Below, piece by piece: positions 8,443-18,716 of a stretch of DNA of 64,000 nucleotides (position 1 is the first letter of the stretch; every line of letters begins with the position of its first letter). The notes below the pieces were generated by a model. It had not been told where the DNA came from and did not search any database. It worked only from the letters and a program-made list of their open reading frames with translations. The position numbers were made by a program, and so were the translations under genes. The stretch comes from an uncultured Pseudomonadota bacterium (GTDB lineage: Bacteria; Pseudomonadota; Gammaproteobacteria; Methylococcales; Methylomonadaceae), in NCBI GenBank assembly GCA_903889445.1, contig CAISXF010000005.1:151030-215029 (forward strand), given 5' to 3'.

Positions 8443-10775
8443 CCCGATTTACCACGATGATTATTTTTAAGCGTGCTGATTTGATTGCCATAACCATCAT
8501 AATCGAAAACCAAACGCGCCACGGGAAGCGTGCGACTTTTAGCTTGTTGCAAAAGCCATTCAGCCAACGGGTGTCCCAAACGATACAAATGCGCTTCACC
8601 TGTACGACGTGGCAATTCATAACGTCCAAGTGCAATGTCTTTTAAATGGATATTCGGCAATTGTTCAAGCACAAAACCACGCCCATCAAATTCTGCACAA
8701 TCGTGTAATTCTGACCGTGTTAAATCCATTAACATTTTTTCAAAACGATTCCGCACCGAATAACTATCTTCGGCGCAAATTCGTAATTTCTCTTGAACTT
8801 GTTCATCAAAATGATCGAGTAAAATTTGGCGCGTTTTGACCATCGCATCGTTAATTTCACCTGATAACTCACGTTGCAATTGTTCAAAACTATTTTTGAT
8901 TTCGTTTACATCGCGGCAATTTTGATAAATATCCGCAATGCGCTGCTCAAAATCAATGCCTGAACCAATTGCGCCTAAGACTTCATCACTCGCCCCAAAA
9001 ACACCTTCAAACAATTGAAATTTTTGCGCTAAAAGCTCATAAACTCGCGCATCGGCTTCATTGCTACGGTCTACAAAATTCACGACGACCACATCAAATT
9101 TTTGTCCGTAACGATGGCAACGACCAATGCGCTGTTCAATACGTTGTGGATTCCAAGGCAAATCGTAATTGATAACGAGCGAACAAAATTGAAGGTTAAT
9201 GCCTTCTGCACCTGCTTCGGTTGCAATCATGACGGTGCCGCGTTCTTTGAATTCTTCAACAAGTGCGGCGCGGATGTCCGCTGTTTTAGAACCTGTAATA
9301 AAATCAGTGCCTGCGTGACGTTTTAACCATTGTCTGTAAATTTTCTGCGCCCGAGCATCGCTATTGGTGCCATTAAACAAAACAATGCTTTCACCATAAT
9401 GCGTTTCCGCCAGCAATGACAAAAGATAATCTTGCGTTCGCCTAGATTCAGTAAAAATAATGGCTTTTTTGGGTGCGCCTAAACGTTCTAATTCGACAAA
9501 TGCACGTTCTAACGCGGTCAAAAGTGCTGTTCCTTTTGCATTTTCACGAATGTTCGTCGCTAAGTTTTTAAAATGCCGCAGCTCTTTAATTTCTTGTGCA
9601 ATCGCAATTTTTTCTTCTGTATTCAACAAAATTTCATCATCGATTTCACTGCCCCATTCATCACTAATTTCATCCAGCGATTCAAAATCATTGTCCAATT
9701 CATCAGAAAGATGAGGCACATCTGTCATTTCATTTAACAGATTTTGCAAACGATTCGCCATTGTTTCCAATGCACCTGCAATGGCGTGTGTGGAAGAAGC
9801 GAGTAATTTCCAAAGCACCAATGAAATCAGTTGTCGTTGACCTTGTGGAAGAGCTTTAAGTTGTGGGCGACGCAAATAATCCGCGACAAGATGGGTTAAT
9901 TCTTTTTCTTCAATCGAAGGTGTAAATTCTTGAACGATTGCTCTGCGTGCCGTGTAAGAAACATAAGGCTGAACGTGATAACGCAATGTGCGTTTACAAA
10001 TAGGCGCAAGTCTGTTTTTCAACTGTTGAAACGCCACGCTTTTCCCTGAACTTGAAAATTGCGCCCGAAAACTGTCTAAATCACCAAAAATACGGTCATC
10101 AATAATACTGACCAAACCATATAATTCCAGCAATGAATTTTGCAGCGGCGTTGCCGTGAGCAATACTTTCAAATGAACTTTTTCTAAGGCATCTTTGATT
10201 GTTCGCGCAATGACGTTGCTGGGTTTATACACGTTACGCAATCGATGTGCTTCATCATCAAGGACAACCAAATGCCAATCAACGGCTTTGATTTTGTCGG
10301 CTTTCGTTTTCGCGAACTGATACGAACATAAAACAATTTCGTCCGATGTCGAAAATGGATTTGAATTCTGTTTTTTGGCGATGAGGTTATAGTTTTTCGT
10401 TTCAAGAATGAGACTTTTCAAACCGAATTTGTCTTGTAATTCTTGATACCACTGTTTGCGTAAATTAGCGGGAACAATAATTAAAATGCGTCGCCGCCGT
10501 TCTGCCCAATGTTGAGAAATGACAAGCCCAGCTTCAATCGTTTTTCCAAGTCCCACTTCGTCCGCGAGAATAACGCCTTTCGAGAGTGGATTTTTACAAG
10601 CAAACAAAGCTGCATCAACTTGATGAGGATTTAAATCAATTTGTGCATCCACTAAAGTCGAAGCAAACGATTCCATTGACTCACTCGACGAACGACGAGT
10701 GAGTAACCATGCGTAGAATTGGTTTTGATAGGGTGTCAGCAAATCATTTTTCACACTGCTTTTTAACTCAGCCAT
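8385..10775 (-). CDS. SNF2/RAD54-family (SF2) ATPase, N-terminal 796 codons; probably one roughly 960-aa gene with 7879-8442
   Basis: Motif [11 protein letters not shown], motif [14 protein letters not shown], and helicase-C motifs ..[12 protein letters not shown].. and [21 protein letters not shown] 10775 overlaps the hemC stop (the ORF-track start 10778 is a TTG one codon upstream). Confidence 0.85.
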   Translation of the reverse strand: MAELKSSVKNDLLTPYQNQFYAWLLTRRSSSESMESFASTLVDAQIDLNPHQVDAALFACKNPLSKGVILADEVGLGKTIEAGLVISQHWAERRRRILIIVPANLRKQWYQELQDKFGLKSLILETKNYNLIAKKQNSNPFSTSDEIVLCSYQFAKTKADKIKAVDWHLVVLDDEAHRLRNVYKPSNVIARTIKDALEKVHLKVLLTATPLQNSLLELYGLVSIIDDRIFGDLDSFRAQFSSSGKSVAFQQLKNRLAPICKRTLRYHVQPYVSYTARRAIVQEFTPSIEEKELTHLVADYLRRPQLKALPQGQRQLISLVLWKLLASSTHAIAGALETMANRLQNLLNEMTDVPHLSDELDNDFESLDEISDEWGSEIDDEILLNTEEKIAIAQEIKELRHFKNLATNIRENAKGTALLTALERAFVELERLGAPKKAIIFTESRRTQDYLLSLLAETHYGESIVLFNGTNSDARAQKIYRQWLKRHAGTDFITGSKTADIRAALVEEFKERGTVMIATEAGAEGINLQFCSLVINYDLPWNPQRIEQRIGRCHRYGQKFDVVVVNFVDRSNEADARVYELLAQKFQLFEGVFGASDEVLGAIGSGIDFEQRIADIYQNCRDVNEIKNSFEQLQRELSGEINDAMVKTRQILLDHFDEQVQEKLRICAEDSYSVRNRFEKMLMDLTRSELHDCAEFDGRGFVLEQLPNIHLKDIALGRYELPRRTGEAHLYRLGHPLAEWLLQQAKSRTLPVARLVFDYDGYGNQISTLKNNHRGKSGWLSVSLFVVNVSETSKNI

Positions 10776-11697
10776 CAATCAATGCTTTCAAAATTTCAGC
10801 CGCGCCTTGCTTGAGTAATTCATCGGCAATACTTTCGCCAATTTCAATCGCATTTTCAGCGTGACCACGTTGTTCAGCGCGATAAATAACGCTGCCGTCA
10901 GGATTTCCGACTAAACCACGCATGAAAATTTCGCCGTCGTTCAATTCAGCAAAACCTGCAATCGGAACTTGGCAACCGCCATTTAATCTGGCATTCATGG
11001 CGCGTTCAGCGATAACACAAATTGCAGTCATTTCATCGTGCAACGCTTTTAACATTTCGTTAATTTCAACATCATCAACGCGGCATTCAATGCCAATTGC
11101 ACCTTGTCCGCACGCAGGCAAACTGGTTTCAATTGGCAAACGTTGGCTAATTCTATCCGCCATGCCTAACCGTTTCAAACCAGCGGAAGCCAAAATAATT
11201 GCGTCATATTCGCCCGCGTCGAGTTTTGCTAATCGAGTATTCACATTGCCGCGCAACGATAAAATTTCAGCCTTCGGAAAATGCGCTTTGATTTGACATT
11301 GACGGCGTAAACTCGACGTGCCGATTCGAGCATTTTCGGGCAATTCGTTGAGATTTTGATACTGATTCGACACAAACGCATCGGTCGGATCTTCGCGTTC
11401 CAAAATCGCGGCGAGGTGCAAACCTTCGGGGAAATCAATCGGCACGTCTTTCATGGAATGCACCGCAATATCGGCATTCCCTTCGAGCATTCCTTGTTCG
11501 AGTTCTTTTACAAACAAACCTTTTCCGCCAATTTTGGCAAGTGGCGCGTCGAGAATTTTATCGCCGCGCGTCACCATTTTAACGAGTTCGGTTTGAATAT
11601 GAGGAAACGCTTTCTGTAAAAGCGCGGCGACGTGTTCGGCTTGCCAAAGAGCTAACGGACTTTGACGGGTGGCAATTCGGATAATTTTAATAGTCAC
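10768..11697 (-). CDS. hemC: Porphobilinogen deaminase (hydroxymethylbilane synthase)
   Basis: 309-aa ORF with N-terminus [18 protein letters not shown] and the ..[21 protein letters not shown].. signature of HemC. Confidence 0.95.
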   Translation of the reverse strand: MTIKIIRIATRQSPLALWQAEHVAALLQKAFPHIQTELVKMVTRGDKILDAPLAKIGGKGLFVKELEQGMLEGNADIAVHSMKDVPIDFPEGLHLAAILEREDPTDAFVSNQYQNLNELPENARIGTSSLRRQCQIKAHFPKAEILSLRGNVNTRLAKLDAGEYDAIILASAGLKRLGMADRISQRLPIETSLPACGQGAIGIECRVDDVEINEMLKALHDEMTAICVIAERAMNARLNGGCQVPIAGFAELNDGEIFMRGLVGNPDGSVIYRAEQRGHAENAIEIGESIADELLKQGAAEILKALIDG

Positions 11698-11726
11698 TTG
11701 GAATTAAACAGTTAGAGTTAAAAGTG

Positions 11727-11761
11727 GTAGGTCGAATTCATTTTAGTGAAATTCGACCTAC
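11727..11761 (-). terminator. Stem-loop after valS (12-bp perfect stem), likely intrinsic terminator; REP-like GTAG heads
   Basis: gtaggtcgaatt (11727-11738) pairs with aattcgacctac (11750-11761) around an 11-nt loop. On the minus strand it begins 6 nt after the valS stop and is followed by CACTTTTAAC. Confidence 0.6.
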
Positions 11762-11767
11762 TCGAAA

Positions 11768-14566
11768 TTACAACGCGCTAATTTTAACGTGTTGAGTTTG
11801 TAAATTGCCCAAAGTCGATTGCAATTCAGCTAAACGTGAACGTTCTTTTTCAAGGACGGCGGCAGGTGCTTTTTCAACAAACGACGGATTGCTTAATTTC
11901 ACGTCGATGCGTTCCAATTCGGTTTGAAGTTTCAAAATTTCTTTATCCAAACGCGCCAATTCGGCGGTTTTATCAATCAAACCCGCAATCGGAATCAAAA
12001 TCTGCATTTCACCGACAATCGCAATCGCGGATTCTGGAGCAATTTCATCCGCATTCAACCACGTCATCGTTTCCAAACGCGCCAATCGGTTCAAATAAAC
12101 ACGATTCGTTTCTAAACGTTCCGCATCTTGCGGCGAACCATTTTGCAATAAAACGGGTAACGGTTTGCTCGGCGCAATGTTCATTTCACCGCGAATTCGA
12201 CGCACGCCCAAAATCACCGCCATCAACCAATCGGTATTTTGAACGGCATCATTATCAATCTTCGATTCGTCCGAAATCGGATACGGTTGCAACATAATCG
12301 TGTCGCCTTCGATGCCAGCAAGTGGCGCGACACGTTGCCAAATTTCTTCGGTAATAAACGGAATAATCGGATGCGCCAAACGTAAAATTGTTTCTAAAAC
12401 GTGCAACAAGGTTTTGCGCGTGCCACGTTGCAACGCTTCGTTATCCGATTGCAATGCGACTTTGGTCAATTCCAAATACCAATCGCAGTATTCATTCCAA
12501 GTAAAATCGTAAATTGCTTGCGCCGCTAAATCGAAACGGTAGTTCTCAATCGCGTGGCTGGTGGTTGAAATGACTTGATTCAAACGCGCCACAATCCAAC
12601 GATCAACGTGTGAAAATTCACATTCGCCCGTGATGCCACAATCGTGTTCTTCGGTATTCATTAAAACGTAACGCGCGGCATTCCAAAGTTTGTTGCAGAA
12701 ATTGCGATAACCTTCCGTGCGAGCCATATCAAAACGAATATCACGCCCCGTCGAAGCCAATGACGCAAACGTAAAACGTAACGCATCCGTGCCGTAAGAT
12801 TGAATCCCGTCAGGGAATTGTTTGCGTGTAGCTTGTTCAATTTTTTTCGCAAACTGCGGTTGCATCATGCCCGCCGTGCGTTTCGCAACGAGCGTTTCTA
12901 AATCAATGCCGTCAATAATGTCAATCGGATCTAACACGTTTCCTTTTGATTTCGACATTTTTTGCCCTTCGGCATCACGCACTAAACCATGAATGTAGAC
13001 TTCTTTGAACGGCACTTCGCCCCGAAATTTCAAACCCATCATAATCATCCGCGCCACCCAGAAGAAAATGATGTCAAAACCTGTCACCAAAACGCTCGTT
13101 GGATAGAAGGTTTTCAAGGATTCGGGTTCATTTTTGCCATCCCAACCTAATGTTGAAAATGGCCACAGTGCTGACGAAAACCAAGTATCTAAAACGTCTT
13201 CGTCTTGTTTCAAAAAGTAATCAGTGGGCAAATGATGTTTTTCACGAATTGCCGCTTCGGATTCGCCAACGTAGATATTGCCTTTGTCGTCATACCACGC
13301 AGGAATGCGATGTCCCCACCAAATTTGGCGCGAAATACACCAATCGTTAATGTTTCGCATCCAATCAAAATAAGTGTTTTTCCAATTATCTGGCACAAAT
13401 TTAATATCGCCATTTTCAACAGCGGCAATCGCAGGCGCGGCAAGTGGCGCGACTTTCACATACCATTGGTCAGTCAAAAATGGCTCGATGACACTTTGGC
13501 TACGGTCGCCGCGTGGCACCATCAATTTATGATCAACGATTTTTTCGAGCAAACCTGCCGCTTCAAAATCCGCCACGATTTGTTTTCGTGCTTCAAAACG
13601 GTCTAGCCCACGGTATTTTTCAGGAATCAGCGCGTCATCATCGATACTCGCATTGGCGGTCAAAATGTTAATCAAACCGCCACGCGGCAAATCTTGAATC
13701 GCCGATGTGTCGCGGTGTCGCATCCAAACTTCGTAATCGTTGAAATCGTGCGCGGGCGTGATTTTGACGCAACCCGTTCCGAATTCGGGGTCAACATAAT
13801 CGTCGGCAATAATCGGAATTCGACGACCCGTCAAAGGCAATTCGACAAACTCACCCAACAAATGTTGATAACGTTCATCTTTCGGATTGATAGCCACCGC
13901 AGCATCACCGAGCATCGTTTCAGGGCGCGTCGTGGCGACGATTAAATGACCTTGACTGTTCGACAACGGATAACGCAAATGCCACATAAAACCGTTTTCT
14001 TCTTCAGATAAAACTTCTAAATCCGAAACCGCCGTGTGCAAAACTGGATCCCAATTTACCAATCGTTTGCCGCGATAAATTAAGCCTTCTTCGTGCAATT
14101 TAATGAACACTTCTTGCACCGCACCCGACATTCCGTCATCCATCGTGAAACGTTCGCGCGACCAATCCAATGAGGAACCCATCCGACGCAATTGGCGCGT
14201 AATCGTGCCGCCCGATTCTTCTTTCCATTCCCAAATCTTTTCGATGAATTTTTCGCGTCCATAATCGTGGCGCGTTTTACCTTCGGCGTTGCACAAACGC
14301 TCGACCACCATTTGTGTTGCAATCCCCGCGTGGTCAGTTCCCGCTTGCCACAACGTGTTGCAACCTTTCATCCGATGATAGCGCGTCAACGCATCCATAA
14401 TTGTGTCTTGAAAAGCGTGTCCCATGTGCAAACTGCCCGTCACATTCGGCGGCGGAATCATGATGCAATACGGTTTGCCTTCGCCGCTCGGCTCGAAATA
14501 CTGATTGGTTTCCCAATTTTCATACCAACGTTGTTCAATATCGTGTGGCGCGTACGTTTTTTCCAT
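11768..14566 (-). CDS. valS: Valyl-tRNA synthetase
   Basis: 932-aa ORF with HIGH-type motif [21 protein letters not shown], and a C-terminal coiled coil. Confidence 0.97.
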   Translation of the reverse strand: MEKTYAPHDIEQRWYENWETNQYFEPSGEGKPYCIMIPPPNVTGSLHMGHAFQDTIMDALTRYHRMKGCNTLWQAGTDHAGIATQMVVERLCNAEGKTRHDYGREKFIEKIWEWKEESGGTITRQLRRMGSSLDWSRERFTMDDGMSGAVQEVFIKLHEEGLIYRGKRLVNWDPVLHTAVSDLEVLSEEENGFMWHLRYPLSNSQGHLIVATTRPETMLGDAAVAINPKDERYQHLLGEFVELPLTGRRIPIIADDYVDPEFGTGCVKITPAHDFNDYEVWMRHRDTSAIQDLPRGGLINILTANASIDDDALIPEKYRGLDRFEARKQIVADFEAAGLLEKIVDHKLMVPRGDRSQSVIEPFLTDQWYVKVAPLAAPAIAAVENGDIKFVPDNWKNTYFDWMRNINDWCISRQIWWGHRIPAWYDDKGNIYVGESEAAIREKHHLPTDYFLKQDEDVLDTWFSSALWPFSTLGWDGKNEPESLKTFYPTSVLVTGFDIIFFWVARMIMMGLKFRGEVPFKEVYIHGLVRDAEGQKMSKSKGNVLDPIDIIDGIDLETLVAKRTAGMMQPQFAKKIEQATRKQFPDGIQSYGTDALRFTFASLASTGRDIRFDMARTEGYRNFCNKLWNAARYVLMNTEEHDCGITGECEFSHVDRWIVARLNQVISTTSHAIENYRFDLAAQAIYDFTWNEYCDWYLELTKVALQSDNEALQRGTRKTLLHVLETILRLAHPIIPFITEEIWQRVAPLAGIEGDTIMLQPYPISDESKIDNDAVQNTDWLMAVILGVRRIRGEMNIAPSKPLPVLLQNGSPQDAERLETNRVYLNRLARLETMTWLNADEIAPESAIAIVGEMQILIPIAGLIDKTAELARLDKEILKLQTELERIDVKLSNPSFVEKAPAAVLEKERSRLAELQSTLGNLQTQHVKISAL

Positions 14567-14600
14567 GAGCTTTTCCTGATGAGTTTTTAAAATTAGAAAT

Positions 14601-15227
14601 TTATTTTTTTAAACGGATTGCAATTATCGCAGACAAAATCAGCACCACGACTGAAAAAATTAACAAAATTGTCATTGGCACACCGATATTTTGATTTTTA
14701 GCTGGAACAACGTCAGGCAACGCTTCGAGCTGATGCGCCACCGGTAGATCTAACATTACGTCTTTTGTCATCGGTGGATAACACACACCGCGTTCCGCAC
14801 ACCCTTGAAAATACGCGCGTAATTTAACGGTTTGTGCGCCGTGATCTTCGCGCCACAATGGCACATTAAAATTCAAATCTTCGGATAAAATTTCAACATT
14901 CCCAAAGGCTTCGTCATGTTTTGGCTCACCATTTGGAATCGTGTAATCGCCGAGTTTTACGCCCTCACTGTTGACTAATTCGAGTTTGATTTTTTCGCGA
15001 TACAAATAATAATTCGGCGCAATTTCCCAACTCACATAAATCGTATTGCTATTTTTAACGTTAGCCGAAAATTCAAAGGCTTGCTCAGGTTGCAATAATT
15101 GATCTCCAAATAAATTTAATTTCAACGCAGACGCATTTTTAACTAATTGCTCAAGCGAATCTGCTGCAAATATTGGCGAATTGAATAAAGCGAAAACGAT
15201 TACAAAAATTAAGCGATAACGTGACAT
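14601..15227 (-). CDS. Standalone DsbD-alpha (N-terminal domain)-like periplasmic thiol-disulfide protein with a C-terminal TM anchor
   Basis: From ATG 15227: signal peptide [21 protein letters not shown], then ..[31 protein letters not shown].. (nDsbD active-site CxxxxxC context). It ends in the TM segment [20 protein letters not shown]. The longer ORF-track start (15329) adds a non-signal leader. Confidence 0.65.
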   Translation of the reverse strand: MSRYRLIFVIVFALFNSPIFAADSLEQLVKNASALKLNLFGDQLLQPEQAFEFSANVKNSNTIYVSWEIAPNYYLYREKIKLELVNSEGVKLGDYTIPNGEPKHDEAFGNVEILSEDLNFNVPLWREDHGAQTVKLRAYFQGCAERGVCYPPMTKDVMLDLPVAHQLEALPDVVPAKNQNIGVPMTILLIFSVVVLILSAIIAIRLKK

Positions 15228-15344
15228 GAGCGTATCCAAATAAATAATCAGGCGTGGTTTAGCAACATTATCGTAGAAAATAAGCAAGTTTGCCTTTATA
15301 TTGTCGGCAATTGACCTTTTACATTTCACCTTGAAGCTAATTTT

Positions 15345-15764
15345 ATGAACATTTTTCGTCTATTTTTTATTGCGATTGTCGTTATTTCGTTTGCTGAACT
15401 TTATGTTTTGATTGCCGTTGGTAGCGTTTTGGGCGCATTGCCAACCATTTTTTTGATTCTGGCGAGTGCGGCGTTGGGGTCGTTTTTACTGAAACAACAA
15501 GGGCTGGCGACGTGGCAACGTTTTCAAACTTCGATAGCGCGACAAGAAATGCCCGCTTATGAATTAGCAGAAGGTTTTTTAATTTTGCTCGGCGGCGCAT
15601 TATTATTAACACCAGGTTTTATAACGGATGCCGTGGGGTTGATTTGTTTATTGCCTTCGTTACGCGGCAAAATTATCGCTTATGCGATGAAATGCTATTC
15701 TTTTGTGCCACAAAATAAAAATGACAATGTGCTGGAAGGCGAATTTCGTAAAGATGTTGAATAA
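15345..15764 (+). CDS. fxsA: FxsA family inner-membrane protein
   Basis: 139 aa with 3-4 TM segments and the FxsA signature LLLTPGFITDAVGLICLLP. Confidence 0.8.
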   Translation: MNIFRLFFIAIVVISFAELYVLIAVGSVLGALPTIFLILASAALGSFLLKQQGLATWQRFQTSIARQEMPAYELAEGFLILLGGALLLTPGFITDAVGLICLLPSLRGKIIAYAMKCYSFVPQNKNDNVLEGEFRKDVE

Positions 15765-16508
15765 ATGACCCTTTTACGCGCTTTTTTCTGCCAAATTTTC
15801 GGGCTTTTGCTAACGTTCGGTTTGGCTTATTGGTTGCCAATTTTTCATCATCCGATTGTGTTTTTAGTTACGCAAAGTGGCTTGGCGGTTGGCAGTGCAT
15901 TTTTACTGCGTCAACCGTCGTGGTGGATTCCGATACATTTATTATTTTTACCCAGCATATTTATTTTTTTTACACTGGCGTTGCCGTCGTGGTTTTATTT
16001 GATAGCTGTGGTGATATTGACGCTTATTTTTTGGGGAACTATTCGCGGTGATGTGCCGCTTTTTTTATCGTCAACGGAAGTCACCGAAGCGGTTACAGTG
16101 TTGTTGAAAAAAGAAAATGTTCAAGCGTTTGTTGATTTGGGTGCGGGTGTCGGTTCAGTCGCAATTCCCATTGCAAAAAAAATTCCAACTATAAGCGTCG
16201 AAGCGTGGGAACATGCGCCATTACCGTGGTTAATCAGTGTGTTTCGCGGACGACGTTTGTTAAACTTTACCGCTTCACGCCGCAATTTTTTCACTGCCGA
16301 TTTTTCAAAATACGACGTAATTTTTGCCTTTTTATCGCCGAGAGTTATGCCCGAAATCAGCGAAAAATTGAAAGGCGAAATGCGAGCGGGAACGTTGTTT
16401 ATTTCGTCGTCGTTCCCCGCGCCAAACTGGCAACCCGAAAGCATTCTCCATATTAACGACCGCCTCAAAACCGTGTTGTTTTGCTATCGTATTGTTAGCA
16501 AGATTTGA
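15765..16508 (+). CDS. Membrane-anchored class I SAM-dependent methyltransferase-like protein
   Basis: 247 aa. The N-terminal half is hydrophobic (about 3 TM segments). The C-terminal half carries SAM motif I FVDLGAGVGSVAI. Its ATG directly abuts the fxsA TAA. Confidence 0.55.
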   Translation: MTLLRAFFCQIFGLLLTFGLAYWLPIFHHPIVFLVTQSGLAVGSAFLLRQPSWWIPIHLLFLPSIFIFFTLALPSWFYLIAVVILTLIFWGTIRGDVPLFLSSTEVTEAVTVLLKKENVQAFVDLGAGVGSVAIPIAKKIPTISVEAWEHAPLPWLISVFRGRRLLNFTASRRNFFTADFSKYDVIFAFLSPRVMPEISEKLKGEMRAGTLFISSSFPAPNWQPESILHINDRLKTVLFCYRIVSKI

Positions 16509-16530
16509 CGCATCAAATACACGCGGTAAA

Positions 16531-18705
16531 CTATATCTGCCGCGTTTTAAAATACGCCATTTCACTCGCTAGATTCCGAGTTTGTTGACTCAATAATTCA
16601 GCAGCGGCAGCGGCTTCTTCAACGAGTGCCGCGTTTTGTTGCGTAACACTATCCATTTCTGTAATCGCTGTATGAACTTGATCAATCTCCGCCATTTGTT
16701 GCGTTGATGCCGACGAAATTTCAGACATAATCCCCGTTACACTTTGAATCGCGCTCACAATATCTTCCATTGTTTTACCGGCTTGTTCGACTTGTTTGCT
16801 ACCGTCTGAAATCGCATCAACTGAATCGCTGATTAAACGTTTAATTTCACCAGCGGCACTCGCGGCACGTTGCGCTAAATTTCGAACTTCTACGGCAACA
16901 ACGGCAAAACCTTTGCCTTGCTCCCCCGCTCTCGCCGCTTCAACCGCCGCGTTCAATGCGAGAATGTTAGTTTGAAACGCAATATCATCAATCACAGTAA
17001 TAATATCGACGATTTTGTGTGAAGATTCGTTAATGTTTGCCATTGTTGTAACAACATTATTAACAGCCTCAACCCCTTTTTTCGCAGTGATTGCAGCTCC
17101 CAATGCCAATTTATTTGCATTGTTTGCGTTACTGGTATTTTGTTGAACTGTGGTTATTAGCTCTTCCATGCTTGCAGCCGTTTGTTGCAAACTGGAGGCT
17201 TGTACTTCAGTTCGATGCGATAAATCATTATTGCCTGCTGCGATTTCTTTCGCTGTATTATTGATTACATCAGCTGCGCCATGTACTTCGCCAATCAAAC
17301 TTTGTAAATGTTCCACTGTTGTATTGATACCGACTTTCACTTTGCCAAAAACACCGATGTAATCGGTTTGTATGCTTTGCGTTAAATCACCATCAGACAA
17401 CGCCTCCGTGACACGCAAAACATCGTGTAAACTTTTTTCAGTGGTTTCTAAACTTTGATTTATATTATTTTTTAATTCGAATAAACCGCCACGTCCTTCT
17501 GCACGAACTCGTTTTGTTAAATCGCCGTCTTTAACATCACGCATTACTTGAGTAATGTCGCCCAACATGATTTGCATTGTTTGCATTGTTTGTGTCGCTT
17601 CATCGATAGCTATTTTAAATTCGCCTTTTACATTGGAATCTACTGCATCCACTTGTTGACTGAAATCGCCTTGATTCAAGGCGTGCATGACATTGGCTAA
17701 GGCTTTCATCGTTTTTTGCAATTTATCGATGCTGCCGTTGACGTTTTGTTTTAATTTATCCAAATCATTTGCTGCTTGAACATCAACATGTTTGCTAAAA
17801 TCCCCCGCCGCTACGCTATTCATAACGGAATTGATATTCGACAACACTGCATTGAGTTTGTTTTTCATATCCGAAATTAACGCAATAATGCTATCTTTTT
17901 GGCTATTATCCGTATTGATTTGAATAGCAAAATTACCTTCAGCCAGCGCGTTAATATGTTTGCGAACATCTTCGATTGAACCACCGATAATGTCATGCAA
18001 TGCCATGAAAGTACCGCGTAACATGAATAACGTAGTCGCTAAAGTCAGGATAAAAATGCCAGTTGCAATCCGTGATAACAGGTTAAAAAAATCAACAGCT
18101 TTAGTTGTGCGCGTTTCAAACAAAACATAAAATCCATCAATCGGTTTCATGATTTTGGCTTTATCGGCATGATATTTTTTGTTGTGCATCATTTCACGCG
18201 CTTTTGCGTAGCCTACTTCAGCGGTTTCACCTGTTAATTTAACCAAACCCATCGCTTCAACTTCGGTATTGACCAACCCATCAGAATTATTTTTAGCTTC
18301 ATTTAATTTGCCGAATTCTTCATTCGTAAAACCAATATCTTTCATCAAGTCGAGTAACGGACGTGTCACCGTGGAATCGGGACGTGGTGGATTGCCGGTA
18401 ACGGCGAAAAAATCCCAATAAATACGATGATAACTTTCTGGACGCGCTTTTTTACCATTACGAATATCAAGAATATCCATATATTGCTTTTCGTATGAAG
18501 AGTCACGCGAAACAACGTAAGTTCGCGCCAATCGTGTTAAATCGTCAGACGATTGGCGTAATTCATCCGCCAATAAATAGGATTGATAACGTTGCGTGCA
18601 AGCATCACTTAATTTGCTTTGTGTCCACGCATAAAATAAAAACGAAAATGTTAAGGCAACTAATCCCGCTACCGAATACATCAAATTTTTTTGAAATGAA
18701 GACAT
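16531..18705 (-). CDS. Methyl-accepting chemotaxis protein with a periplasmic sensor domain and a poly-HAMP array
   Basis: Highly conserved MCP signalling hairpin [39 protein letters not shown]. Five HAMP-like units lie upstream. ATG 18705 is preceded by AGGGA; the ORF-track start 18729 is a GTG 8 codons upstream. Confidence 0.9.
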   Translation of the reverse strand: MSSFQKNLMYSVAGLVALTFSFLFYAWTQSKLSDACTQRYQSYLLADELRQSSDDLTRLARTYVVSRDSSYEKQYMDILDIRNGKKARPESYHRIYWDFFAVTGNPPRPDSTVTRPLLDLMKDIGFTNEEFGKLNEAKNNSDGLVNTEVEAMGLVKLTGETAEVGYAKAREMMHNKKYHADKAKIMKPIDGFYVLFETRTTKAVDFFNLLSRIATGIFILTLATTLFMLRGTFMALHDIIGGSIEDVRKHINALAEGNFAIQINTDNSQKDSIIALISDMKNKLNAVLSNINSVMNSVAAGDFSKHVDVQAANDLDKLKQNVNGSIDKLQKTMKALANVMHALNQGDFSQQVDAVDSNVKGEFKIAIDEATQTMQTMQIMLGDITQVMRDVKDGDLTKRVRAEGRGGLFELKNNINQSLETTEKSLHDVLRVTEALSDGDLTQSIQTDYIGVFGKVKVGINTTVEHLQSLIGEVHGAADVINNTAKEIAAGNNDLSHRTEVQASSLQQTAASMEELITTVQQNTSNANNANKLALGAAITAKKGVEAVNNVVTTMANINESSHKIVDIITVIDDIAFQTNILALNAAVEAARAGEQGKGFAVVAVEVRNLAQRAASAAGEIKRLISDSVDAISDGSKQVEQAGKTMEDIVSAIQSVTGIMSEISSASTQQMAEIDQVHTAITEMDSVTQQNAALVEEAAAAAELLSQQTRNLASEMAYFKTRQI

Positions 18706-18716
18706 CTTGTTTTTCC

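Noticed and set aside
8310-8645. 111-aa plus-strand ORF spanning the SNF2 frameshift region
   Set aside because: It is antisense to both SNF2 frames with no recognisable motifs or start context. It does not explain the frame break.
2792-10778. The island as a prophage, ICE or integron cassette
   Set aside because: It has no integrase, recombinase, attC-like site, tRNA target, phage structural genes or flanking direct repeats. The only mobility gene is the RAYT, which mobilises REPs rather than 8-kb segments.
11836-14590. Several 130-150-aa plus-strand ORFs within valS (11836-12297, 13205-13606, 14192-14590)
   Set aside because: All are antisense to an unambiguous valS frame, with biased R/F/N-rich composition typical of reverse-frame translation of AT-rich coding DNA.
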